From: a virus
Length of the DNA stretch: 64,000 nucleotides
Direction: 5' to 3' (one strand)
IMG/VR virus record: IMGVR_UViG_3300023174_003623
Span: 1 to 64,000 of that record
This document shows, piece by piece, positions 9,658 through 18,628 of this stretch. The notes below the pieces were generated by a model, which saw only the letters and a list, made by a program, of their open reading frames with translations, made no database searches and was not told where the DNA came from. Position numbers and translations under genes: made by a program. Positions within the stretch are counted from its first letter, which is position 1. The number at the start of each line of letters is the position of its first letter.

Positions 9658-10452
9658 ATGTATACAATTAATAAATGTTTAGCGTGTGGATCTAAAAATA
9701 TTGTAATTAAATCTACAAAACTAGCTAGGTTTGTTGCTTGGAAAACATCGAATACCCCTATGTCTGAGGATATAGATATTGAAGGTTTACAATGCAACGA
9801 TTGTTCATATGTTGGTTCTAATCATAGATTTACCATTCAAGAAGAACATAACTTGTACAATCAATACAGAGGGCCAGAATATAATTCTATTCGTTATGAA
9901 TGTGAACCAAATTATATTAAAATAGATAAATTTATTAAAACTAATGAATATTTTTTAATAAGAAAGACTGGAATTGATATATTGGTTGAAAAAAATATTG
10001 ACACCAATGATATTAAATCATTATTAGATTATGGTGGTGAAGCAGGCTCTATGATACCATCTATCTTAAATAAAGCAAAAAAATACGTTTTCGATATTAG
10101 TGATGTACCGGTTCAATCTAATGTTATTAAATTAAAACAAATAGATCTCAATAATACATTTGATTTTGTTATGTGTTGTCATGTATTAGAACATGTATCA
10201 GATTTAGATACATTTATTAGCAATTTTAAAAAAGTTATTAATAAAAATACATGGATATATTTTGAAGTGCCTAACTACCCAAATCCATTTATTGGGAAAT
10301 TTCACGAACATATTAATTTTTTTAATAAAAAATCATTTACTTCGTTTTTAGTAAGAAATGAGTTTTGTATAAAAGATACATATGAATATAACATTGATGT
10401 TGATATGCATCATTTTAATAATTTGTGTATGATGGTAAAATTAAATGAATAA
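9658..10452 (+). CDS. Class I SAM-dependent methyltransferase with N-terminal CxxC..CxxC
   Basis: LLDYGGEAG, FDFVMCCHVLEHV, FEVP, EHINFF. Confidence 0.8.
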   Translation: MYTINKCLACGSKNIVIKSTKLARFVAWKTSNTPMSEDIDIEGLQCNDCSYVGSNHRFTIQEEHNLYNQYRGPEYNSIRYECEPNYIKIDKFIKTNEYFLIRKTGIDILVEKNIDTNDIKSLLDYGGEAGSMIPSILNKAKKYVFDISDVPVQSNVIKLKQIDLNNTFDFVMCCHVLEHVSDLDTFISNFKKVINKNTWIYFEVPNYPNPFIGKFHEHINFFNKKSFTSFLVRNEFCIKDTYEYNIDVDMHHFNNLCMMVKLNE

Positions 10453-11401
10453 AATATTAATAATTGGCGGTGCTGGATATGTAGGATCTCCTTTATCTAT
10501 TGAATTAGATAAAAGAGGACATGATGTTTCCATAGTAGATTTACTTTGGTTTGGTAATAATTTACCAAATCATTTAAAAAATAAAGTGCAAAAAATTGAT
10601 GCATTAGATTTAACAGTTAATGATTTAAAAATATTTGACACTATAATTTTTGTTGCAGGTTTATCTAATGATCCTATGGCAGATTATTCTCCTTCTAAAA
10701 ATTTTGTTGCTAATTCAGCAACACCAGCATATCTTGCTTATATTGCAAAAAAAGCTGGTGTTAAAAGAATGATTTATGCAAGTAGTTGTTCTGTGTATGG
10801 TTATACAGTAGATAAATGTTTTGATGAGACTGGTCCTACCAACTCAATATATCCTTATGGAATATCTAAGTTGCAAGGTGAGAATGCAGTTATGCAATTA
10901 GTCGATGATTCCTTTTCTGTCATCTCCCTTAGAAAAGGAACTGTATCTGGCGTTAGTTCTAGGATGAGATTTGATTTAGTAGTAAATGCAATGTTTAAAA
11001 CAGCTTTAACATCTAGTACTATATTTGTAAATGATCCTTCCGTATGGAGACCTATTTTAGCACTTAAAGATTGCATTTCTGCATATATATGTGCGGTAGA
11101 ATCTGATATTAAAGTTTCTGGAATTTTTAATATTGCTTCGGATAATTACACTGTAAATCAAATAGCAAACATTGTTAAAGATACTATAGAAACCGAAAAA
11201 AATATTAAGGTGAATATTATTAATAATAATATTAAAGACGTTAGAAATTATAAAGTTGATTGTAATAAAGCTAAACAAATTTTAGCATTTTCCCCCTTGA
11301 ATAATGTTGAATTAATTGTAAAAGATCTTTTATCATATAATGATTTTGGAGATATGGAAAATTCATTGTTTTATAACATTAAAACGTTTTCTAATTTATA
11401 A
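10445..11401 (+). CDS. NDP-sugar epimerase/dehydratase (extended SDR)
   Basis: GGAGYVG, ASSCSVYG and YGISK (YxxxK). Confidence 0.85.
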   Translation: MNKILIIGGAGYVGSPLSIELDKRGHDVSIVDLLWFGNNLPNHLKNKVQKIDALDLTVNDLKIFDTIIFVAGLSNDPMADYSPSKNFVANSATPAYLAYIAKKAGVKRMIYASSCSVYGYTVDKCFDETGPTNSIYPYGISKLQGENAVMQLVDDSFSVISLRKGTVSGVSSRMRFDLVVNAMFKTALTSSTIFVNDPSVWRPILALKDCISAYICAVESDIKVSGIFNIASDNYTVNQIANIVKDTIETEKNIKVNIINNNIKDVRNYKVDCNKAKQILAFSPLNNVELIVKDLLSYNDFGDMENSLFYNIKTFSNL

Positions 11402-11417
11402 TAAATAAAGAAAAATC

Positions 11418-11446
11418 TTTACATTGATAATGTAATTAGTTATAAT
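11418..11446 (+). promoter_or_regulatory. sigma70-type promoter
   Basis: TTTACA-17-TATAAT just upstream of ORF 11462. Confidence 0.6.
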
Positions 11447-11461
11447 AATGAGAATGTTAAA

Positions 11462-11812
11462 ATGATTAATATAAAAGTTGATGAAGCATATGCTTTTGAC
11501 ATGCTTAGTGTTCTAGATATAAAAAAGAAAAATTCTCCAAAAGATCAGTGTAATTTTGATACAATGTCTTGTGATATTGAAATTCAGATTGGATCTAAAT
11601 TGTTCAAACAAATTTTGAATTCAAATGTATATTCTCAAATGATTACGGTAAATCAAATCATTTATGATTTGATTGACGCGATAAGAAAAGGTAACTTACA
11701 TCTCGATGCTAGAGTTATTGATGATGCTAATACTGACCGTTTTAAAATAAAACAAAAATTACAAAGCGAATTCTTTCTTAATGAATTGGTTGAGAATAAA
11801 ATACAAAATTAA
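11462..11812 (+). CDS. Hypothetical helical protein within the sugar island
   Basis: 116-aa ORF with SD; D.LSVLDIK...N..R..IK pattern resembles small proteins of glyco-clusters. Confidence 0.6.
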   Translation: MINIKVDEAYAFDMLSVLDIKKKNSPKDQCNFDTMSCDIEIQIGSKLFKQILNSNVYSQMITVNQIIYDLIDAIRKGNLHLDARVIDDANTDRFKIKQKLQSEFFLNELVENKIQN

Positions 11813-11827
11813 ATATAGAAGGAAATT

Positions 11828-12862
11828 ATGAAAAAGGCGATAATTACTGGTGTTACAGGGCAAGATGGTTCATATTTAGCTGAATTTTTAATTGAAAAGG
11901 GTTATGAAGTTCATGGCACTATTCGTAGAACTAGTGACCGTGATCATAAAAATTTAACCAAAATTAAAAATCAAATAATTTTTCATCAAACTGATTTAAC
12001 AGATTATAATTCAATATCTCGCTGTATTGAAAACATTTCCCCAGATGAAATTTATAACTTAGCGGCTCAAAGTCATGTTAAATTAAGTTTTGACTTACCT
12101 CTTAACACATCTGATGTTAATGCTTTAGGGCCACTTAGAATACTTGAAGCTATACGCAATCTTAAACCGAATACACGTTTTTATCAGGCTAGTACTTCTG
12201 AACTATATGGTGTAGTTGACCATGCACCTCAAAATGAAAATACAGTATTTAAACCAGCTAGCCCATATGGTATAGCTAAACTATTTGCTCATTGGTCAGT
12301 AGTAAACTATCGTTTTGGTTATAATATATTTGCGTGTAATGGTATACTTTTCAATCATGAAAGTCCTCGGCGTGGAGATATATTTGTAACAAAAAAAATT
12401 ACAAAAGCATTTGCAAAAATATTTTTAGATATAAATGCTGGATATGACCATACACCGGTTCAATTGGGTAATTTAGATAGCATGAGAGATTGGGGACATG
12501 CTAAAGATTATGTAGAAGCTATGTGGTTAATGATGCAAAAAGATACGCCAGATGATTATGTAATTAGCACTCAAATTCAATATTCGATTAGAGACTTTTG
12601 CAAAATGGCAGCTGAGTATTTTAATATGGATCTTGAATGGGAAGGCAAAGGAAAACAAGAACAGGCAATAGATCGTAAGACAGGAAAAATTATTGTAACG
12701 GTAAATCCTGAATTTTATAGACCGGTTGATGTAGTAAATTTGCTTGGTAATTCTTCGAAGGCGCGGAATATATTAAATTGGAAACCTAAATACGATTTGA
12801 ATAAGATGGTAGAAGAAATGTGTAAATATGATTTAGATGAAGAGGTAAAAAAATATGCTTAA
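11828..12862 (+). CDS. gmd: GDP-mannose 4,6-dehydratase
   Basis: ITGVTGQDGSYLAE, YNLAAQSHV, YQASTSELYG, NHESPRRG, RDWGHAKDYV. Confidence 0.95.
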   Translation: MKKAIITGVTGQDGSYLAEFLIEKGYEVHGTIRRTSDRDHKNLTKIKNQIIFHQTDLTDYNSISRCIENISPDEIYNLAAQSHVKLSFDLPLNTSDVNALGPLRILEAIRNLKPNTRFYQASTSELYGVVDHAPQNENTVFKPASPYGIAKLFAHWSVVNYRFGYNIFACNGILFNHESPRRGDIFVTKKITKAFAKIFLDINAGYDHTPVQLGNLDSMRDWGHAKDYVEAMWLMMQKDTPDDYVISTQIQYSIRDFCKMAAEYFNMDLEWEGKGKQEQAIDRKTGKIIVTVNPEFYRPVDVVNLLGNSSKARNILNWKPKYDLNKMVEEMCKYDLDEEVKKYA

Positions 12863-14015
12863 TTGGCCTTTAATGCAAAACGCGATCAAGTTTACTGATC
12901 GACTAAAGTTATGTAAGTTTCTTTTAACGTCTGATCGTTATACAAATGGACCTAAAGTTCGTGAATTTGAAAAGATGTGGTCGGATTGGATTGAAACTAA
13001 ACATTCACTAATGGTCAGTTCAGGTTCTACGGCAAATTTTTTATTACTAGCTGCTATCAAAGAAAAACATGGATTGAAAGAAGGAGATAAAGTACTAGTA
13101 CCAGCTTGCACTTGGGTAACTAATGTTAGTCCTATTATTCAACTTGGATTAATTCCAATCTTTTGTGATGTTAATTTTGAAAATTTTAGTTTTAATATTC
13201 CTGAACTTGAAAAAATTAAAATCAAGCATGATATTAAAGCTATCTTTATTACTCATCTTCTAGGTTTTAGCGCAGATAATGAAAAATATAAGGAAATATT
13301 TCCAAATGCTATTATCTTAGAAGATGTATGCGAAAGTCATGGTTGTCGGAGTGATAGTGGAGAACTCCGTGGACGAGATAATGGAACATTTAGTTTTTAT
13401 TTCGGTCATCACATGACTACAATTGAAGGTGGTATGGTTACCACAAATGATGACGATCTATATGAACTTATGCGTATGAAGAGGAGTCATGGTTTAGCGC
13501 GTGAATCTGGAAACTTATCTAAGTATACTTCTAAATATCCAGATATTCATCCACAGTTTTTATTTGCTACAGATGGATATAATTTTAGAAGCACTGAAAT
13601 TAATGCTATTCTAGGTATGCAACAACTACCAAGATTAAATGGATTTATTGACACTAGAAAGAAAAATTTTAGTATATTTGTAGATCTATTAGATGAGTAT
13701 AAAGATTTATTTTATCCTCTTGTAGATCAAAAAGGTAATAGTAATTATGCTTTTCCATTTATTTGTAAAAATCCAAACATTAAACATAAACTAATGCAAT
13801 TATTTGATGCAAATAAAATAGAAAATCGTCCTATTGTTAGTGGAAATCTATTAAAGCAACCTTTCTTAAAAGGCTATGATTTTGCAATTAAATCTAAATC
13901 TTATAATGCTGATGTGTTAAATGATAACGGATTATATATTGGGAATAGTCAATTTGTAAATCCAAATCAAATTTATAAATTGTTTGAATTAATAGCCAAA
14001 GAATTTAAAAAATAA
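12855..14015 (+). CDS. DegT-family PLP enzyme, ColD-like GDP-4-keto-6-deoxymannose 3-dehydratase
   Basis: SSGSTAN, EDVCESHG, SFYFGHHMTTIEGG (His replaces the Lys), no Fe-S Cys cluster; overlaps gmd. Confidence 0.75.
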   Translation: MLNWPLMQNAIKFTDRLKLCKFLLTSDRYTNGPKVREFEKMWSDWIETKHSLMVSSGSTANFLLLAAIKEKHGLKEGDKVLVPACTWVTNVSPIIQLGLIPIFCDVNFENFSFNIPELEKIKIKHDIKAIFITHLLGFSADNEKYKEIFPNAIILEDVCESHGCRSDSGELRGRDNGTFSFYFGHHMTTIEGGMVTTNDDDLYELMRMKRSHGLARESGNLSKYTSKYPDIHPQFLFATDGYNFRSTEINAILGMQQLPRLNGFIDTRKKNFSIFVDLLDEYKDLFYPLVDQKGNSNYAFPFICKNPNIKHKLMQLFDANKIENRPIVSGNLLKQPFLKGYDFAIKSKSYNADVLNDNGLYIGNSQFVNPNQIYKLFELIAKEFKK

Positions 14016-14025
14016 AGGATATATT

Positions 14026-14706
14026 ATGTTATTTGCATACAGAAATTTTAAAAGAAATAAAATGGTAAATCTTTCTGCTACTAGCATTAAGCATTTTGTT
14101 CCAGACGCTAAAATTTATTGTGTTACATTTTATGAAAATAGCCCAGATGAGTATGATGATCAAGAGCCTCTTTTACCATTTATAGAGGAGCGAAAAGTCA
14201 AAACCAAGTATCCCAATACAAATGGTAAACCTCATGATCATCCTGATGTGCATGCTACAAGTGGACAAGGGAGTCCTGATACTTCTAAATATTTTGCAGA
14301 AGGTTATAATGAAATTTGGAAATGGCTTCGCGATACACAAGAAAAAGTTTTAATGCTAGGTGAAGATGAATTCTATACTACAGGCGAAGTATTAAAAGAT
14401 TTTATAGATAATCAAGATAAATATTGGGCAGCATTTGGTTCTTGGTGTTGGTGGGGATATGAAGAAAAATGGGCAAATGGTACCTGTATATGTTTTGACC
14501 TAAAAACTTTAGATGGTTTATTTCCGTTAGACGAAAATGGGCCAGCATTTGTTGAAGGATTACTTTATCATACATTATGTCGTATCCCTAGAGAACATAG
14601 ATATATAATTGAAAAAAGAACTTTTGAGAATTATCATGGAGATGGGATGAGAACAAATTCTTCCGCTAAAATGGAAGAAGAACTTATAAAAGCCGGTATA
14701 ATTTAA
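14026..14706 (+). CDS. Hypothetical protein, possible GT-A-like glycosyltransferase
   Basis: SIKHFVPDA and GYN.....VLMLGEDEF (DxD-like) pattern; last gene of the sugar island. Confidence 0.45.
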   Translation: MLFAYRNFKRNKMVNLSATSIKHFVPDAKIYCVTFYENSPDEYDDQEPLLPFIEERKVKTKYPNTNGKPHDHPDVHATSGQGSPDTSKYFAEGYNEIWKWLRDTQEKVLMLGEDEFYTTGEVLKDFIDNQDKYWAAFGSWCWWGYEEKWANGTCICFDLKTLDGLFPLDENGPAFVEGLLYHTLCRIPREHRYIIEKRTFENYHGDGMRTNSSAKMEEELIKAGII

Positions 14707-14722
14707 TCAAAGGAGACATTAT

Positions 14723-14794
14723 ATGTGGACTACACCAACATTTGAAGACTTCCGTTTGGGATTTGAAATTTCACTTTACATCAACAATCGATAA
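14723..14794 (+). CDS. pqqA: Pyrroloquinoline quinone precursor peptide PqqA (23 aa)
   Basis: MWTTPTFEDFRLGFEISLYINNR*, with W..P....R.GFE-x3-Y (ExxxY) signature and SD AGGAGA at 14711-14716. Below the ORF-track size cutoff. Confidence 0.92.
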   Translation: MWTTPTFEDFRLGFEISLYINNR

Positions 14795-14816
14795 GTATAT
14801 AATAAATTAAAACAAC

Positions 14817-14859
14817 ACCCACGACGCCTCTCTATAGAAGCGCACCAGCGTGGGTTTTT
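14817..14859 (+). terminator. Bulged GC-rich hairpin plus U-tract after pqqA
   Basis: ACCCACG(14817-23)/CGTGGGT(14849-55) outer stem, inner CGCCTCT-CTAT-AGAAGCG, then TTTTT. Confidence 0.6.
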
Positions 14860-14929
14860 AATCTTATGGAACAACCGAAGCTTACTGAAGACAATTTGAT
14901 AAACTGTCATACAAATTTGGAATAAATAA

Positions 14930-15252
14930 TATTGTTGGTATGGTCGTATGAAGTAAAGGGAAGGTATTCTGGACGCGGGTGCGAATCCCGCCACCTCCAC
15001 CAAAAGCATATTGTAAATATGATGCTGTCGAAGCACACTGGTTCAGCAATCAATAAATGTTTCGTGAGTATACTTTTGATGGGGGTGACTAGATTCGACA
15101 GGGTAAGATACTGATACAGACGACTCGGTAGGCGATGACCGTAAATCAAGCAAAAAATATAAAAGCCAATGATGACTTTTACGGAGATTATGCACTAGCT
15201 GCATAATTCTTCTGGGGTTTCGCTAGCTGTCCTTATTACCCAATCAGCTAGC
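14930..15252 (+). ncRNA. ssrA: Circularly permuted (two-piece) tmRNA gene; tag (A)NDDFYGDYALAA at 15165-15206
   Basis: Acceptor-piece 3' end GACGCGGGTGCGAATCCCGCCACCTCCACCA ends at 15002, before the coding-piece 5' end GGGGGTGA...TTCGAC at 15081. G3.U70 pair present; tag ends in LAA*. Outer ends approximate. Confidence 0.9.
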
Positions 15253-15288
15253 ACTTTACACACAACATTCAAAGTTACAAATAAATTT

Positions 15289-15720
15289 ATGGAACCTCAC
15301 CTGAGAAAACGAAATCTAAAGATTTTAAGTTTTCTTTCTAAAGCAGCGGAAGCAGCAGACCATGTAGGCATTCGTGCTAAACTGGCTGCTGCTATTGTCA
15401 TTAGAAATGAAGTAATTGCAATAGGATTTAATCGACGTAAAACCCATCCATTTCAAGTCCAGTTTCAAACAAATGATAAACAAATATATCTTCATGCAGA
15501 GACTGATGCTATTAATAGAGCTTTAAAATATCTATCCAAAGATGAATTAAAAAAAGCAACTCTTTATGTTGCTAGGGTAAAATATTTGGATAATAAAAAT
15601 AAAAAAGCAGTATGGGCTGAAAGTAAACCTTGTATTGGATGTCAGAAAGCAATATTATCTTATGGAATTTCCAGTGTAATTCATACATGTAATGATGGTG
15701 AATATAATATTATTAGATAA
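15289..15720 (+). CDS. Zn-dependent cytidine/dCMP deaminase family protein
   Basis: GFN, LHAE and KPCIGC motifs. Confidence 0.85.
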   Translation: MEPHLRKRNLKILSFLSKAAEAADHVGIRAKLAAAIVIRNEVIAIGFNRRKTHPFQVQFQTNDKQIYLHAETDAINRALKYLSKDELKKATLYVARVKYLDNKNKKAVWAESKPCIGCQKAILSYGISSVIHTCNDGEYNIIR

Positions 15721-15750
15721 ATAGAATTACATCTTTAAAGAGTAAACCCG

Positions 15751-16581
15751 ATGTTATCTTTCTTTAATTTTCTTTTAGAAGAATTAGATTTAACTGATAA
15801 TGATAAAAATAAATCAGATGCTATTGGAAAAGTTCATGAATTTCTTGTTCATAGAAATTTAGGTGGAAAGGCTACTCCACAAGAAAGATTAGCTCATAAA
15901 AAACATATACAATTTATAGGTAAACAACGTTATAATGCCGCTGTAATAAGAGCACAACATGCGTCAGATCATATTGAAAAACATCTTATAGGAAGAAAGA
16001 ATGTTGCTCGTGTGGAGAGAGTTTCTGGTACAGGTAACCCACAAGATCCATCAGATTTGCATATACACTTTGCTAATGGTAAAAAGATTGGTATTAGTTT
16101 AAAAACTACAGAAGGCGATTCTAAAGCAGTAAAACTTTCTAATCCCGGTCTTACTGCTGCGAATAGCATTCATGGAGAAAAAATTGAAAGAGGAGCCGAT
16201 ACTCAACAATATATGTGGGATATTGCACATAGAATTAATACAGGATTTAATGATGCTTCTCCAGAAGAAAAACATGACTATTTAAAAAAACATGTTTTTA
16301 GAGTACCAGACACCCATGAAGTAAATGGTGTACATACTATAAATCAAAATAAAATGCCAGCTACTGCACATTTTAGATATCATGAACATTTTACACCTTT
16401 AATTAAAGATACCGAAAATATTACAACAAAAAGAACTGGGTACACTGTTAATTTTTTTCATCCTTCATCAAAAACACCTGTTGTAACATTAAGAATAAAA
16501 CGTAAAGATGCTAGTCCAAGATCCTCAATTAAGGCTTTAGTTACTACCAATATTATTCCAAAATCTAATTATAAAAGATAA
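15751..16581 (+). CDS. Putative PD-(D/E)XK endonuclease-like protein with internal-protein-like leader
   Basis: G..HE early helix, PSDL.I.......IGISLK motif; MLSFFNFLLEE leader. Confidence 0.5.
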   Translation: MLSFFNFLLEELDLTDNDKNKSDAIGKVHEFLVHRNLGGKATPQERLAHKKHIQFIGKQRYNAAVIRAQHASDHIEKHLIGRKNVARVERVSGTGNPQDPSDLHIHFANGKKIGISLKTTEGDSKAVKLSNPGLTAANSIHGEKIERGADTQQYMWDIAHRINTGFNDASPEEKHDYLKKHVFRVPDTHEVNGVHTINQNKMPATAHFRYHEHFTPLIKDTENITTKRTGYTVNFFHPSSKTPVVTLRIKRKDASPRSSIKALVTTNIIPKSNYKR

Positions 16582-16624
16582 ATGATATGGCAAACAATAT
16601 AAAGGTCAAGGAAGATAATAACTA

Positions 16625-17968
16625 ATGGCACAATATAATTCGGCGAACGGTTCTCTCCAAACTCACAATCATACTTTATTTGAAGTCAATATGCTGGCTA
16701 CATCTGATGGTCAGCAAGTCTCGAACTACAATCCCTATCCTGTAAGACTTGGAGCATCTCAATCCGATGCTTTTGGAAGACTGAGAACTTCTGAACCATT
16801 TACTTTAGGTGATTATAAACACCTTTATGGAATAGATCCTAATTTCGTAGATAGTATTACTAACGGTGGAAGCATTCAATATTTGCATAATCAAGCATGT
16901 GCAAGATTAAGCACTACAAGTAATCCTTCTTCTTCTATAGTTCATCAGACTAAATTTTATCATCATTATATGCCGGGCAAAAGTCAATTAATTAAATCTA
17001 CATTTAATTTTTATGCTGCTACTACAAACGTTACAAAAAGAACAGGTTACTTTGATGATAATAATGGAATATATTTTGAACAAGCCGGAAATGGAACGTT
17101 AAGTTTTTGTATTAGATCTGATGTAAGTGGATCTATAAGTGATGATAGAAAAGTATCTCAAGCTAATTGGAACATTGATAAGTGTAATGGCACCGGTTCT
17201 TCTAAATTTAATTTAGATATAACTAAAACACAGATTTTTTTTACTGATTTTCAATGGCTTGGAGTTGGTAGAGTTCGTTGTGGATTTGTTCATAATGGTG
17301 ATATAATTATTGCTCATGAATTTTATACCAGCAATTTTTATGACACCGTTTACATGAGTAATCCAAATTTGCCAGTTCGTTGTGAAATACGAAATACTGG
17401 AGCGACTACCGGGGCTTATATGGATCAAATATGCTCTACTGTACTCTCAGAAGGAGGATATGTAGAATCTGGTCAAGATTGGGCAGTCTCATCCCCATCA
17501 CTTAGAACGCTTGCTTCTGGCGCTAGTCTACCAATCTTAGCAATAAGACTTAAGAATACGTTTAATACATATCCTAATCGAATAATTGCTCGTGCTGAGA
17601 ACATAAAATTAATAAGCACAGGTGAAAATATTAAACATCGATTAATTAAACTACCGAACGTTTCTGCGTTAACGGGTGGTAGTTGGACTGATGTTAAAAC
17701 AGGATCTAGTGCAGTTGAATATAATGCTACTGCAACTGCTTGGTCAGGTGGTGATGAAATAGACAATGGATTTGTAGTAGCAGGCACACAGGGTTCTCAG
17801 CATTCAGGTGGCGCTCCTAGTGCTAATATGCCTTCAACTGCAAAGAAGAATTACATAGTTCAAAATTTTGATAGTAATGATAGCGAAATTTATATAGTAG
17901 CAGTAACAAATATTGGTTCTGCCTCTACTAATGTTGGTGTCGGATTACAGTGGAGAGAAATTTACTAA
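16625..17968 (+). CDS. Conserved T4-like phage protein, probably a beta-rich virion protein
   Basis: 447 aa; DAFGRLRTSEP, Y.PGKS, QWLGVGRVR and NLPVRCE motifs. Confidence 0.6.
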   Translation: MAQYNSANGSLQTHNHTLFEVNMLATSDGQQVSNYNPYPVRLGASQSDAFGRLRTSEPFTLGDYKHLYGIDPNFVDSITNGGSIQYLHNQACARLSTTSNPSSSIVHQTKFYHHYMPGKSQLIKSTFNFYAATTNVTKRTGYFDDNNGIYFEQAGNGTLSFCIRSDVSGSISDDRKVSQANWNIDKCNGTGSSKFNLDITKTQIFFTDFQWLGVGRVRCGFVHNGDIIIAHEFYTSNFYDTVYMSNPNLPVRCEIRNTGATTGAYMDQICSTVLSEGGYVESGQDWAVSSPSLRTLASGASLPILAIRLKNTFNTYPNRIIARAENIKLISTGENIKHRLIKLPNVSALTGGSWTDVKTGSSAVEYNATATAWSGGDEIDNGFVVAGTQGSQHSGGAPSANMPSTAKKNYIVQNFDSNDSEIYIVAVTNIGSASTNVGVGLQWREIY

Positions 17969-17997
17969 ATATATCAATTATATTTGGGTTTATTTAA

Positions 17998-18462
17998 ATG
18001 CTTAAATTTACAGATTTTATATTACAAGAAGTGCGTACTAGGGTAAAATATGCACCTTTACCACCAAAGGCAATTAAAAAACCACCGATTGAAAGAAGTA
18101 ATGTTTCACGAGTATTAGAAGTATTACGACAAAGAATATCTGCATTTAAAAATCATAGACGAGCTTTTCAAAGAAATCCAAATAAAAAACACAACAATAG
18201 AATATTAGGTTTATATGCGGGCGATATTAATCAAGATTTAAATGTTATATCAGAATCTTATGATTCTTTTAATATAGAAAAGCCAGCAGGATATGGTACC
18301 TTTCTAACTGCTGCTGATTTAGGAATTAAAATAAAAGCAGGATTTGCACATCATCCTTCAGTTGAAGAGGAATTACATAAAAGAATGCATTGTCAATGTG
18401 ATGATTGCCAAAATGAAAGAAAAAAACTTAAACATAAAATAAAGAGAAGCAATAATGATTAA
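17998..18462 (+). CDS. Hypothetical basic protein with leader MLKFTDFILQE
   Basis: 154-aa ORF; GFAHHPSV motif. Confidence 0.65.
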   Translation: MLKFTDFILQEVRTRVKYAPLPPKAIKKPPIERSNVSRVLEVLRQRISAFKNHRRAFQRNPNKKHNNRILGLYAGDINQDLNVISESYDSFNIEKPAGYGTFLTAADLGIKIKAGFAHHPSVEEELHKRMHCQCDDCQNERKKLKHKIKRSNND

Positions 18463-18628
18463 AACAATGTTGTTAAATTTTTTTAATTTTAAAAAATCCG
18501 AAAAAATTAAAAAAGAAGAACTCGAAATTGTTAAAGTTGTAGAACCAACAATTAATAATGATTTTGTTATTAAAACTGAACCTAAAAAGAAAGGTCGAAA
18601 ACCTAAATTTAAAAGTGAAACAAAATGA
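18455..18628 (+). CDS. Small Lys-rich hypothetical protein (57 aa)
   Basis: MIKTMLLNFF...PKKKGRKPKFKSETK*; fills the gap and overlaps both neighbours. Confidence 0.5.
   Translation: MIKTMLLNFFNFKKSEKIKKEELEIVKVVEPTINNDFVIKTEPKKKGRKPKFKSETK

Noticed and set aside
14776-15149. Track ORFs 14776-15036(-), 14907-15149(-) and 14932-15114(+)
   Set aside because: They overlap the tmRNA gene and have no recognisable protein features
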